Notes: generated by a model not told the origin, from the sequence alone. A stretch of 29,441 bases of DNA from an uncultured Thermococci archaeon (GCA_964487115.1 CAZAPD010000011.1:1-29441); one strand, 5' to 3'. Shown: positions 11,160 to 21,050, counted from the first letter of the stretch. Translations and numbers: made by a program.

Positions 11160-11903
11160 ATGAGGAGAAATGGATTTGTGGTTACAGTCATCCTTGTAAT
11201 TATTGGGAGTGTATTGGCTTCTGGCTGTATTGGAGGGTGGGATCTGGGCAGAAAAATCGAGGGAAAGATGCATTCCATCGGAAATTTTAATGCAAGTTCC
11301 CTAATGATAGAGGATGTTGTTGGAGATGTTATCATCGAACAGGGCTCTTCCAATAGAATACAAGTGAAGACAACGCTTCCTCTTAAATACCGTAACGAAA
11401 GTCTGTTAGTGCTCTATTGTCCCAAAGAAAATGGAAGAAATAAGTGCAACGACTACAAAAATGGTATCGTAGTGATAAAAACGGGTAGATCGATGAAGGT
11501 CATCATAATCAGGGACACTGTTGGAGAAATAGAAAATACAGTCAACGCAGTTAACTTTAATGCATCGGATGTTGTCGGCAGGTTCAGGTTAAATTTTAAC
11601 ACTTCTTCCCTGAACATAAGGAACATCGTTGGAGACATGAAGTTTGTAGGCTCATTGAAAAGGGCGGAAATAGAGAATATTGTCGGCAAGGTAGAGCTCA
11701 CTCTGGAAAGTGCCAGAGAAATATCTATAAAAGATGTTGTAGGTGATATTGATGTGAAAGCTCCATCGGATGCACATGTTAGCTTACATTTTAAAGACTC
11801 CATAAACCTGAAGCTTGATGTGGATGAGAACATTTATAACGGCACTGAACCTCTTGAAATAGGCCTCCACAACATAATCGGCAAGGTAAAAATTGGAAAA
11901 TGA
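11160..11903 (+). CDS. Predicted lipoprotein with DUF4097/Toastrack-like beta-strand repeats
   Basis: Signal peptide ending in the LASGC lipobox; repeated [ED]x[VI]VG[DKE] units (EDVVGDV, RDTVGEI, SDVVGRF, RNIVGDM, ENIVGKV, KDVVGDI, HNIIGKV). Confidence 0.7.
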   Translation: MRRNGFVVTVILVIIGSVLASGCIGGWDLGRKIEGKMHSIGNFNASSLMIEDVVGDVIIEQGSSNRIQVKTTLPLKYRNESLLVLYCPKENGRNKCNDYKNGIVVIKTGRSMKVIIIRDTVGEIENTVNAVNFNASDVVGRFRLNFNTSSLNIRNIVGDMKFVGSLKRAEIENIVGKVELTLESAREISIKDVVGDIDVKAPSDAHVSLHFKDSINLKLDVDENIYNGTEPLEIGLHNIIGKVKIGK

Positions 11904-11915
11904 CGGGTGAAGAGC

Positions 11916-12329
11916 ATGGAGAAGAGACTTAGACGATCAAAAAAAGAGAGAGTTTTCTTGGGAGTTCTCGGAGGTATTGCGGGGTACCTTGACCTTGATC
12001 CTACCGTAGTGAGAATTGGATTCGTTGTGCTTTTTGTATTTGCTCCTGTAACAATGACACTGCTATACTTTCTAATGGCTCTGGTAATGCCCTTAGAGGA
12101 AGAAGCCCATGAAAAGCCACTGAATCTCAGAATAAATGAGATAGCCTATGAGACAAGAGAAGTTTTTTCAAAAACCTCTGATATGGGAACAATTGCACTA
12201 ATATTGATTGTAACAGGCGTGGCAGTCCTCCTCAAACCTTTCCTGCCACCTTCCCCTTTTACAAATGGAGAGACTCTCCTGGCATTATTGCTGATAGTCC
12301 TTGGAACACTCCTTATAGTGAGGGGGTGA
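11916..12329 (+). CDS. PspC domain membrane protein
   Basis: KRLRRSKKERVFLGVLGGIAGYLDLDPTVVRI...YFLMALVMP is the PspC signature, followed by two extra C-terminal TM helices. Confidence 0.88.
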   Translation: MEKRLRRSKKERVFLGVLGGIAGYLDLDPTVVRIGFVVLFVFAPVTMTLLYFLMALVMPLEEEAHEKPLNLRINEIAYETREVFSKTSDMGTIALILIVTGVAVLLKPFLPPSPFTNGETLLALLLIVLGTLLIVRG

Positions 12330-12333
12330 TTAA

Positions 12334-12564
12334 ATGAGGTCTCTCGGCATTATCTTGGTGTTTATAGGTTTTATCCTGCTTCTAAAACAGTTCAGACCTG
12401 ATTTTTTGGTGTGGTTGGAGCCTTATGCAGGTTATATAAAATCTGCCTTCTGGGGAGTCACACTGATAGCGCTGGGGCTTCACATTCTTGCAAAAAATAA
12501 AGCCCTGAAAGCCCTGATACTCGTTTTATATCTCCTCTATCTTGCCATCTATCTGGTGATGTAA
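12334..12564 (+). CDS. Small membrane protein (LiaI/LiaF-TM-like)
   Basis: GGTGA RBS; LGIILVFIGFILLL...FWGVTLIALGL pattern; three hydrophobic helices; within the pspC operon. Confidence 0.7.
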   Translation: MRSLGIILVFIGFILLLKQFRPDFLVWLEPYAGYIKSAFWGVTLIALGLHILAKNKALKALILVLYLLYLAIYLVM

Positions 12565-13467
12565 ATGGAGAGATGGAGAATCATCAAAGCGTTTCTTTTG
12601 GGACCTTTGCTCGAAGCTTCAATACCAAAGCCTGGAAATGTGAACCGCTATAGGGATTTCCCTGATCTGACGTTTTACCATTTCCTCTTCGGCAACGCTG
12701 CCTTCGTTGACATACTCCACGAAACTACGAAAATTGGAAGGCTGATAAAGAATGGAACGTATAGGCTCAATGAGGCAGGTATAGGGGAGCTTATAAAAAG
12801 GTCAGTTCAGAATTCAAAGGCCTATCAAGACTCTAATCCAAACTTTGGGGTTATAACCCTTGAAATTCCGCTTGTTATGGCACTTTCGATGTCGAAGCAT
12901 ATATATGAAGCGAGAGAAGCCGTCATGAGGCTCATAGATGAATCCACGGTAAGAGACACCATGGAGTTCTACCATGCTATAAGAATAGCCAATCCCAAAG
13001 GTGTCAGAAGCGGCGTCAAATATGATGTTTATTCGGAGAATGTTTTTGAGGAGCTTTTTAGGGATAGAGTAAACCTGAAGAAACTTGCCGAGATGAGCTG
13101 TGAAAGAGAGATCATATTCTGTGAATGGCTCAATGGCTACGAACTGAGCTATAAAACCTTTCTCCGACTTAAAGAGATTCTGCATGATAGGATTCTTGAG
13201 GATGGTGTTGTTGAGGTCTTTCTGGAGCTCCTGAGCAGGGTTCCTGACACACTCATAATCAGGAAAGCGGGAAAGGAAGAGGCGAAGCTCGTACAGAAAA
13301 AAGCAGAGGATGCACTTAATGGCATAATTACTCTGAAGGAACTTGATCAATTTCTAAGGGAAAAAGGAGATCTGAGAAATCCCGGAAGTCTGGCCGATAT
13401 AATGGCGATCTCTCTGAGCCTCCTTATCCTTGATGGATACAGGCTTACGCTCACTCCACGACCCTGA
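12565..13467 (+). CDS. citG: CitG-like triphosphoribosyl-dephospho-CoA synthase family protein
   Basis: LEASIPKPGNV, NPNFG, PDTLIIRKAG and NPGSLAD motifs. Confidence 0.85.
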   Translation: MERWRIIKAFLLGPLLEASIPKPGNVNRYRDFPDLTFYHFLFGNAAFVDILHETTKIGRLIKNGTYRLNEAGIGELIKRSVQNSKAYQDSNPNFGVITLEIPLVMALSMSKHIYEAREAVMRLIDESTVRDTMEFYHAIRIANPKGVRSGVKYDVYSENVFEELFRDRVNLKKLAEMSCEREIIFCEWLNGYELSYKTFLRLKEILHDRILEDGVVEVFLELLSRVPDTLIIRKAGKEEAKLVQKKAEDALNGIITLKELDQFLREKGDLRNPGSLADIMAISLSLLILDGYRLTLTPRP

Positions 13468-13732
13468 ATCTCCTGGCACCACCCATGCCAAGTCCGAGGC
13501 TTTTTGAGTCAATCACAACAGCATATTTTCCAAGTTCATCGACGATTCTGATTCTGAAGCCAGAAACTTCAGTAACCCCTTCATCCCCTCCAAACTCCTC
13601 GTTGACCTGAGCCTTCAAAAATTCGTATGCCTCCTTCCCGAAGAGAACAACATCCGGGTCGAATCCATCCATTTTTAGTTCATTTGCTTTCTCTTCAACA
13701 GCACTTAGAACCCTAATCAATTCTCCCCTCAC
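13451..13732 (-). CDS. Probable family 4 (A-domain-only, DUF1884-like) encapsulin protein, 93 aa
   Basis: GTG 13732 after GGGTGA RBS. EEKANELKMDGFDPDVVLFGKEAYEFL...SGFRIRIVDELGKYAVVIDSK resembles the Thermococcales DUF1884 family; lies directly downstream of osmC. Confidence 0.7.
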   Translation of the reverse strand: MRGELIRVLSAVEEKANELKMDGFDPDVVLFGKEAYEFLKAQVNEEFGGDEGVTEVSGFRIRIVDELGKYAVVIDSKSLGLGMGGARRFRVVE

Positions 13733-13835
13733 TCTTATCACCCTGTGATTCCATAGAAGGCAACGATTTAAAGGTTTTCTATCCAACTTCTTCTTGCTCT
13801 GAAAGGTGGGATAACTATTTCGGAAAAACCGGTTC

Positions 13836-14246
13836 TCAATCCTGTTTAATGATCTCGTAGGTGTAAGTTACTTCGGCACCGCTCAGTTTTATGTGAGCTG
13901 AGGCGGAGCAGTATCTATCTTGACTCAGCTCAATAGCTCGTTCTGCTTTCTTGGGGTCGACATTACCCTTTATTTTGTAGTGGAGATGCATCTTGCGGTA
14001 TATTCTCGGGTGCTCGTCTCTTCTTTCACCACTTATCTCGACTTCAAGGCCTTCTATTGGTTCTCTCATCTTTTTTAGTATCATGATAATATCATAGGCC
14101 GTGCATCCAGCGACACTCAGAAGGAGAAGCTTCATGGGGCTTATGCCACCCTCTCCAAGGATTACAGAGCACTTATCATCACTTATTCTCCCTATGAACT
14201 GATAATCCTTGACCCATTCTACCTTGCCTGTTACAGGTTTTTCCAT
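13836..14246 (-). CDS. OsmC/Ohr family protein
   Basis: SPMKLLLLSVAGC and SQDRYCSAS, with the two conserved Cys. Confidence 0.9.
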   Translation of the reverse strand: MEKPVTGKVEWVKDYQFIGRISDDKCSVILGEGGISPMKLLLLSVAGCTAYDIIMILKKMREPIEGLEVEISGERRDEHPRIYRKMHLHYKIKGNVDPKKAERAIELSQDRYCSASAHIKLSGAEVTYTYEIIKQD

Positions 14247-14262
14247 GATATCACCACCAAGA

Positions 14263-14295
14263 GTTGGAGAAGAATTTTAAATGTCTTTCTCCAAC
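14263..14295. promoter_or_regulatory. Divergent osmC / radical SAM promoter with a 9-bp inverted repeat around a shared TATA
   Basis: GTTGGAGAA (14263-14271), then 15 bp containing TTTTAAAT, then TTCTCCAAC (14287-14295). Confidence 0.5.
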
Positions 14296-14303
14296 CTTCA
14301 GTT

Positions 14304-15146
14304 ATGTATATCAGGCCATTCGATCCGTGGAAATCGAAGCTCTGCACATGTCCCTTTAAATACACCTTGAATATCTACACGGGCTGTGATCATGCGTGCG
14401 TATACTGCTACATAACCGCTTATATTCCCCGGGCATTTAAAGTTCGCGTCAAGGAAAATCTCCTCATTAGGCTTGAAAAAGAGTTGAGAAGGCTGGATAG
14501 GAGGTTTATAGTATCCCTCTCCTACTCCTCGGATCCATACCCGACGATTGAGAGAGAACTGGGAATAACCCGGAAGGTGCTTCAGCTCTTCAAGAGATAC
14601 GGTGTGAGGTGTATGATACTCACGAAATCGGATATATTCCTACGTGATTTGGACATTCTGAAGGAGCTCAAGTGTGCGGTTGGAATAAGTGTAACGAGCG
14701 TCAATGAGGAGAAGGCTTTCCTCTTAGAACCGAATGCTCCCAACCCAAGAAGCAGAATTAAAGCCCTTAAAAAGGCTAAAAAATCGGGAATTCCTGTCTA
14801 TGCCCGTATTGATCCCATAATTCCCTTCTATACATGGGATGACTTTGATGAGACGCTCGATGCATTGAGCTTTGTTGAGCATATAACCATTTCAACTCTG
14901 AAGTTAAGACCTGATTCATGGAGGAGAATGAGGGCTAAGTTCCCAGGACTTATGAAAAAATTGGGACCTCTCTATGAAAAAGGTGGCAGGATTGGTGGTT
15001 ATTATTATCTTCCGCAGGAGTTTAGGTTTAAACTGCTTGAAGAGGCCAGAGAAAAGATAGAAAGTAAGGGAATTACGTTTGGTTCGTGTCGGGAGGGTTA
15101 TTACTCTCATCCGACTTGTGATGGCTCTCATCTTGTTCCTCCTTAG
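14304..15146 (+). CDS. Radical SAM protein (spore photoproduct lyase-like family)
   Basis: YTGCDHACVYCY CxxxCxxC motif, SSDPY, LTKS and RIDPIIP motifs. Confidence 0.88.
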   Translation: MYIRPFDPWKSKLCTCPFKYTLNIYTGCDHACVYCYITAYIPRAFKVRVKENLLIRLEKELRRLDRRFIVSLSYSSDPYPTIERELGITRKVLQLFKRYGVRCMILTKSDIFLRDLDILKELKCAVGISVTSVNEEKAFLLEPNAPNPRSRIKALKKAKKSGIPVYARIDPIIPFYTWDDFDETLDALSFVEHITISTLKLRPDSWRRMRAKFPGLMKKLGPLYEKGGRIGGYYYLPQEFRFKLLEEAREKIESKGITFGSCREGYYSHPTCDGSHLVPP

Positions 15147-15930
15147 ATTTCTCCGATTCATGTATCTGGGCTGTTAATTCTCTGACTTCCAGCTCCCTCT
15201 TTGCTTTTCGGTATTCCTCTGACTTTTTGACGAGAGCGTTGAAGAGAGGTTGCATCTCATCGAGGTATTCTGCTCTCCACTGGACACCTATTATAAATTC
15301 TTCCTCACCTTCTATAGCTTCTATTATCCCATCAACGGTATAAGCGACCGGTCTTAACCCCTCCCCAATCTTTTTAATTGCCTGATGATGGAAGCTATTG
15401 ACACCGAGGAAAACCTCAGTAGTTCCCATTATATTCAGAGACTCCCTTAGAATCCCGTAAAGCTTTGAATCAACTTTTAAACGCACATCATGAACCTTCA
15501 AGGAGGGCTTTATCTTCGATAAATCCCAGTCATGCTTTAGAGCCCTTGGTATTTTTGTGGTTACATCCTGATAGAGCGTGCCACCAAGAGCGACGTTTAT
15601 AACCTGAGCTCCTCGTCCTAAGCCCAATGTTGGAATTCCGCGTTCTACTGCAGCTCTCGCGAGGGTTATTTCAAAAAAATCTCTTTCAACATCTATATCT
15701 CTCAAATGACTTGACGGGTCTTCGCCATAGAATTTTGGATGTATATCAGGCCCGCCAACTAATAACAGCCCATCAATAATACTCAAAACATCCTCAATGG
15801 AATTCATCTCATATTCAAAAACTATTGGGATACCACCTCCCTCCCTTATCCTTTTGAGGTGTATGGTATCGAGAATTAACTTGCTTTCATGCCAGTCTAC
15901 AGGTGCAATAATTCCGATCAGTGGCTTCAC
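15073..15930 (-). CDS. Class I glutamine amidotransferase (peptidase C26 / PuuD-like) with degenerate catalytic triad
   Basis: GTG 15930 after GGTGA RBS. DGLLLVGGPDIHP, ERDFFEI, GGTLYQD, VNSFHHQAI motifs; LGLGRG in place of LGICRG and VQWRAE in place of VQWHPE. Confidence 0.85.
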   Translation of the reverse strand: MKPLIGIIAPVDWHESKLILDTIHLKRIREGGGIPIVFEYEMNSIEDVLSIIDGLLLVGGPDIHPKFYGEDPSSHLRDIDVERDFFEITLARAAVERGIPTLGLGRGAQVINVALGGTLYQDVTTKIPRALKHDWDLSKIKPSLKVHDVRLKVDSKLYGILRESLNIMGTTEVFLGVNSFHHQAIKKIGEGLRPVAYTVDGIIEAIEGEEEFIIGVQWRAEYLDEMQPLFNALVKKSEEYRKAKRELEVRELTAQIHESEKSKEEQDESHHKSDESNNPPDTNQT

Positions 15931-16006
15931 AAAAATCACCTCACTGCATGATAAACGGGTTCGGGTATAAAATAATTTTGATAAAATTGAGAAGAGAATC
16001 GAGAGT

Positions 16007-17254
16007 TCAGCCTTCAATCTCTTCTTTTAAAACTTCAGCGAGCCTCTTGATGCCCTCTCTAATCTTTTCTTCTGGGACATATGTGAAGTTCAGGCGCATT
16101 GTGTTTTTAACACTCCTGTCAGCGAAGAAGGCTTCACCCGGTACATATGCGACTCCCTTTGCAATAGCCTTTTCAAAAGTCATCTTTGTGTCAATGCCTT
16201 CTGGTAGAGTTACCCATACAAACATTCCACCTTCCGGCTTTGTCCATTTAACCCCCTCGGGCATGTACTCCTCAAGAGCTTCAAGCATTGCATTCCTTCT
16301 TGGCCTGTAGAACTCAATGATCTTTGGAATCTGTCTGTCTAAGTGGCCATCTGCAACATATTTCCAAGCGATTACCTGACTGAATGTGTTCGTGCAGAGA
16401 TCAATCGCCTGCTTGGCAATTTCTATCTTTCTTATGAAATGGGGCTCTGCTGCTATCCATCCTATTCTAAAGCCCGGAGCAAGTATTTTTGAGAATGTTC
16501 CAAGATAGATGACTCTCCCCTCATCATCAAAGTGCTTAACAGGTTTTACAGGCTTTCCAGAGTAGCGGAGCTCACTGTATGGATTATCTTCGATTATCAG
16601 GAAGTCATATTCATGTGCAAGCTCAACGAGCTTTTTCCTTCTTTCTTCGCTCATTGTAACACCAGCGGGATTCTGGAATGTGGAGACAGTATAAACAAAT
16701 TTGATTTTTTTGCCTTCTGCTTTCAACTTCCTCAGCTTTTCTTCTAAAATATCTGTTATCATTCCATCGTCATCCATTGGAATCGACATAAATCTGGGCT
16801 CATAATATCTGAATGCATTTAAAGCGGCGAGATACGTTGGAGCCTCGACAACAACGGTATCCCCGGGATTTATGAAGACTCTGCCTATGAGATCCAATGC
16901 CTGCTGTGATCCAGCTGTAGTCATAATCTCGACTTTTGACATCGGGAGATCATAGCGTTTCCTCATCCACTCAGCTAAAGCTAAGCGTAGCGGCGTATAG
17001 CCTTTGGTCGTGCCATACTGGAGAGCCTTGTCCGCATGCTTCTCAAGGACTTCTTGGGCGATTTCTCTAATGGTCTCAATCGGGAACGTCTCAGGAGCAG
17101 GCAGACCTCCGGCAAGTGAAATGACATCTGAGCTTTCAACGAGCTTTAACAATTCCCTAATCTCTGAAGCCTTCATGCCTAAGGCTTTTTCCGAAAAATA
17201 AGCCTCAAAATTAAGGGTTCCAGCTTCCAATTTTTTCATGAGCTTTTCCTCCAT
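16007..17254 (-). CDS. PLP-dependent class I aminotransferase (aromatic / 2-aminoadipate type)
   Basis: ISLAGGLP, ALQYG, FQNPAG, EDNPY, GTFSKILAPGFRIGW (PLP lysine) and MRLNF motifs. Confidence 0.93.
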   Translation of the reverse strand: MEEKLMKKLEAGTLNFEAYFSEKALGMKASEIRELLKLVESSDVISLAGGLPAPETFPIETIREIAQEVLEKHADKALQYGTTKGYTPLRLALAEWMRKRYDLPMSKVEIMTTAGSQQALDLIGRVFINPGDTVVVEAPTYLAALNAFRYYEPRFMSIPMDDDGMITDILEEKLRKLKAEGKKIKFVYTVSTFQNPAGVTMSEERRKKLVELAHEYDFLIIEDNPYSELRYSGKPVKPVKHFDDEGRVIYLGTFSKILAPGFRIGWIAAEPHFIRKIEIAKQAIDLCTNTFSQVIAWKYVADGHLDRQIPKIIEFYRPRRNAMLEALEEYMPEGVKWTKPEGGMFVWVTLPEGIDTKMTFEKAIAKGVAYVPGEAFFADRSVKNTMRLNFTYVPEEKIREGIKRLAEVLKEEIEG

Positions 17255-17501
17255 TTCAACACCTCCAAATGAACATCTCCGTTCATGTCCTCAATTCTAT
17301 ACATAGAAACTTTGCGGCGATTAAATATAAATCTTTCTGCAATGGTCGTTAATGGGGTTTATATATGTAAAGAATTTTTTGGAAGTAATTTTATGAACAT
17401 CAAAGTTCTTTTAAATTCATCAATGAACAAAAGCGATAATGCTGTTTGGGTGAAGTATATAAACCTTAATACCTTAATTCTGGGTTACTGGGAGGTGGTG
17501 A

Positions 17502-18473
<972 letters not shown>

Positions 18474-18493
18474 ACTTAGAGCTTCCCGGATAT

Positions 18494-18973
18494 TCACAGA
18501 GCCTGCAGATAGCCCATGTCATTTCTATTTTTCATGTTTATTGTCCGTATAACAACGCCACCTCCATTCTTGGCTTCCCTGACTCGGTAAACATCTTCGG
18601 CAAAAGTCAGAATGAAAGCCTCTTTTTCTCCAAACCTCAGTCTTGGCGGAGTTAAGGAGATGGATGTCCTTTCGTCCAATGGGTTCTGACTTTAGGATCC
18701 TTAAGAGTGAAAAGAAGTAGGGGTAGATTCGTTTTCTCCTGAGTTCTGTCCTAACTACCTCGATATGTCTCTCCTCGTTGTCTCGTGCATATAAATGACT
18801 TTTTCAAAATCTTCTCTTTTGAATGGATCCCATTTTCCAGTCAGCATCCCAAACGCTTCAAGCACCGAACTCTTCCCACTTCCGTTTGGGCCAATAAGCA
18901 GGTTTATTTTTGAAAACTCAAGTTCGGCCTTTTCAATCGACTTATAGTTCTCGATAATGAGTTTTGTAAGCAT
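18494..18973 (-). pseudogene. Decayed ABC/SMC-like AAA ATPase gene (AAA_15/AAA_21, OLD-like N-terminus)
   Basis: MLTKLIIENYKSIEKAELEFSKINLLIGPNGSGKSSVLEAF (Walker A) stops after 72 aa. The downstream fragment AFILTFAEDVYRVRE...GVVIRTI resembles the post-H-loop C-terminus; Walker B and signature motif are missing. Confidence 0.75.
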
Positions 18974-19115
18974 GAGATACCATCTGAAATATTTCCTTTC
19001 AAACTTATTTAGGAGTTAAGGATTTATCCTCTTCAAAGCTTGGGACTATCACCGGGATCCTTAAAAGCCTATACCCTTTTATATCTCTTAAGCGAAAAGA
19101 GGAAAGGTGATGAGA

Positions 19116-20363
19116 ATGAAAGCATTCATAGCTGAGAATGTGCGTGGCATCTATGCCTTTGATGGGGACGGCAATGTAATCGCACATAGAACCTTTGAAA
19201 AAGTGGGGAACCTTGACAGTCTCCTTATGGGAGAGCTAACGGATGAGATTCTGAATCTTCTCGAAGAGCTGAAGGGCAAGGGTTATGATGAGATTGTCTT
19301 TGAGCATTCTGAGCTGAGCAGAAAAGCAAAAGAACTTGGATTTAACGCTGATTTTGAGTTTCCAAATTTAGCCGGTGAGATTCTCAGAGAGAAACCAGAG
19401 GAGTTCTTGGGTGAGAACTGGTTTGATGAATACTTCAAAGCAGGTGTCGAACTAACAAGAGCAAGGATTCAGGAACAGAGCGGTGCCCGGGACAAGATGG
19501 TCATTCAGGCGATAGAGGCGCTGGATGACATTGATAAGGTCACGAATCTTATGGTATCAAGGCTCAGAGAGTGGTATTCACTGCACTTTCCGGAGATTGA
19601 TGAGATTCTTCCAAAGCATCAGCAGTATGTCGTTTTTGTCAGAGAAACCGGTCTTAGGGAGAATATTACAAGGGAGAAACTTGAAAAGCTTGGTCTCAGT
19701 GAAAGCAAGATTGAAAAGATCTTGAGAGCTAAAGCAAGATCAATGGGGGCTGTGATGGGTAGGAAAGATATTGAGATTATTCAGATGTTAGCGGCTGAAA
19801 TAGACGACCTCTACAGGCTGAGAGAGAAAATAGAGGACTACCTCGAAGATGCCATGGACGATGTTGCTCCAAACCTCAAGGCACTCGTCGGGGCAAAGCT
19901 GGCGGCAAGGTTGATAAGTCTCGCTGGTGGACTTAAAGAGCTTGCCATGATGCCATCGTCAACGATTCAGGTTCTTGGGGCCGAGAAGGCTCTCTTCAGA
20001 CACCTGCGCTCTGGAGCTAAACCGCCCAAGCATGGAGTTATCTATCAATATCCTGCGATAAACCGCTCACCGTGGTGGCAGAGAGGTAAGATAGCAAGGG
20101 CATTGGCAGGAAAGCTCGCAATAGCGGCGAGAGTTGACTATTTCTCGGGTGAATACATTGCCGAGGAATTAAAGCAGGAGATTGAAACAAGAATCAAAGA
20201 GATAAAAGAAAAATATCCAAATCCACCAAAGAGAAAAGCTGAGAAACCAAAGAAAAAGGAGAAGTTCAAGGGTAAGAAATTCAAGAAGGGTAAAGGAAAG
20301 GAGCGGTTCAAAGGCAAGAAGGAGAAAGGCAAAAAGAAAGAAAAGAAGAGGAAAAAGAGGTGA
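19116..20363 (+). CDS. nop5: C/D box sRNP protein Nop5 (Nop56/58)
   Basis: RLREWYSLHFPE, APNLKALVG, QVLGAEKALF, PKHGVIY motifs and a Lys-rich tail. Confidence 0.96.
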   Translation: MKAFIAENVRGIYAFDGDGNVIAHRTFEKVGNLDSLLMGELTDEILNLLEELKGKGYDEIVFEHSELSRKAKELGFNADFEFPNLAGEILREKPEEFLGENWFDEYFKAGVELTRARIQEQSGARDKMVIQAIEALDDIDKVTNLMVSRLREWYSLHFPEIDEILPKHQQYVVFVRETGLRENITREKLEKLGLSESKIEKILRAKARSMGAVMGRKDIEIIQMLAAEIDDLYRLREKIEDYLEDAMDDVAPNLKALVGAKLAARLISLAGGLKELAMMPSSTIQVLGAEKALFRHLRSGAKPPKHGVIYQYPAINRSPWWQRGKIARALAGKLAIAARVDYFSGEYIAEELKQEIETRIKEIKEKYPNPPKRKAEKPKKKEKFKGKKFKKGKGKERFKGKKEKGKKKEKKRKKR

Positions 20364-20368
20364 TCTGA

Positions 20369-21049
20369 ATGAAGATTAAGAAGCACAAATTCCCTGGCGT
20401 TTATGTCTTCATCGATGAGGATGGTAGTGAGAAGATAGCGACAAAGAACCTTATTCCGGGCCAGAAGGTCTACGGTGAGAGGACTGTCAAATGGGAGGGA
20501 GAGGAATACAGAATCTGGAATCCGAGAAGGTCAAAGCTTGGGGCTGCTATATTAAATGGCCTGAAACACTTCCCGATAAAGCCCGGCTCAACGGTTCTCT
20601 ACCTTGGAATAGCCAGTGGAACAACGGCAAGCCATGTTAGCGATATCGTTGGATGGGAAGGAAAGATATTTGGAATAGAGTTTTCACCGAGGGTTTTAAG
20701 GGAGCTCGTACCGATAGTTGAGGAGAGGAGAAACATAATCCCAATTCTCGGCGATGCAACAAAACCTGAGGAGTATAGGGCGCTGGTCACAAAGGTCGAT
20801 GTTATCTTTGAAGATGTTGCCCAGCCCACACAGGCAAAAATCCTGATAGATAACGCAAAGGCTTATCTCAAAAGTGGCGGTTATGGGATGATTTCTGTAA
20901 AAAGCAGGAGCATAGATGTAACAAAAGAGCCGGAGCAGGTCTTTAAGGAGATCGAAAAGGAGCTTGGAGAGTACTTTGAGGTTGTCGAGCGTCTTAGTTT
21001 GGAGCCCTACGAGAAGGATCATGCACTTTTTGTTGTTAGAAAACCGTGA
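20369..21049 (+). CDS. flpA: Fibrillarin-like rRNA/tRNA 2'-O-methyltransferase
   Basis: [29 protein letters not shown] and DVAQP motifs. Confidence 0.96.
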   Translation: MKIKKHKFPGVYVFIDEDGSEKIATKNLIPGQKVYGERTVKWEGEEYRIWNPRRSKLGAAILNGLKHFPIKPGSTVLYLGIASGTTASHVSDIVGWEGKIFGIEFSPRVLRELVPIVEERRNIIPILGDATKPEEYRALVTKVDVIFEDVAQPTQAKILIDNAKAYLKSGGYGMISVKSRSIDVTKEPEQVFKEIEKELGEYFEVVERLSLEPYEKDHALFVVRKP

Positions 21050-21050
21050 A

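Noticed and set aside
20225..20363. Purine-rich low-complexity tract
   Set aside because: It encodes the normal Lys-rich tail of Nop5.
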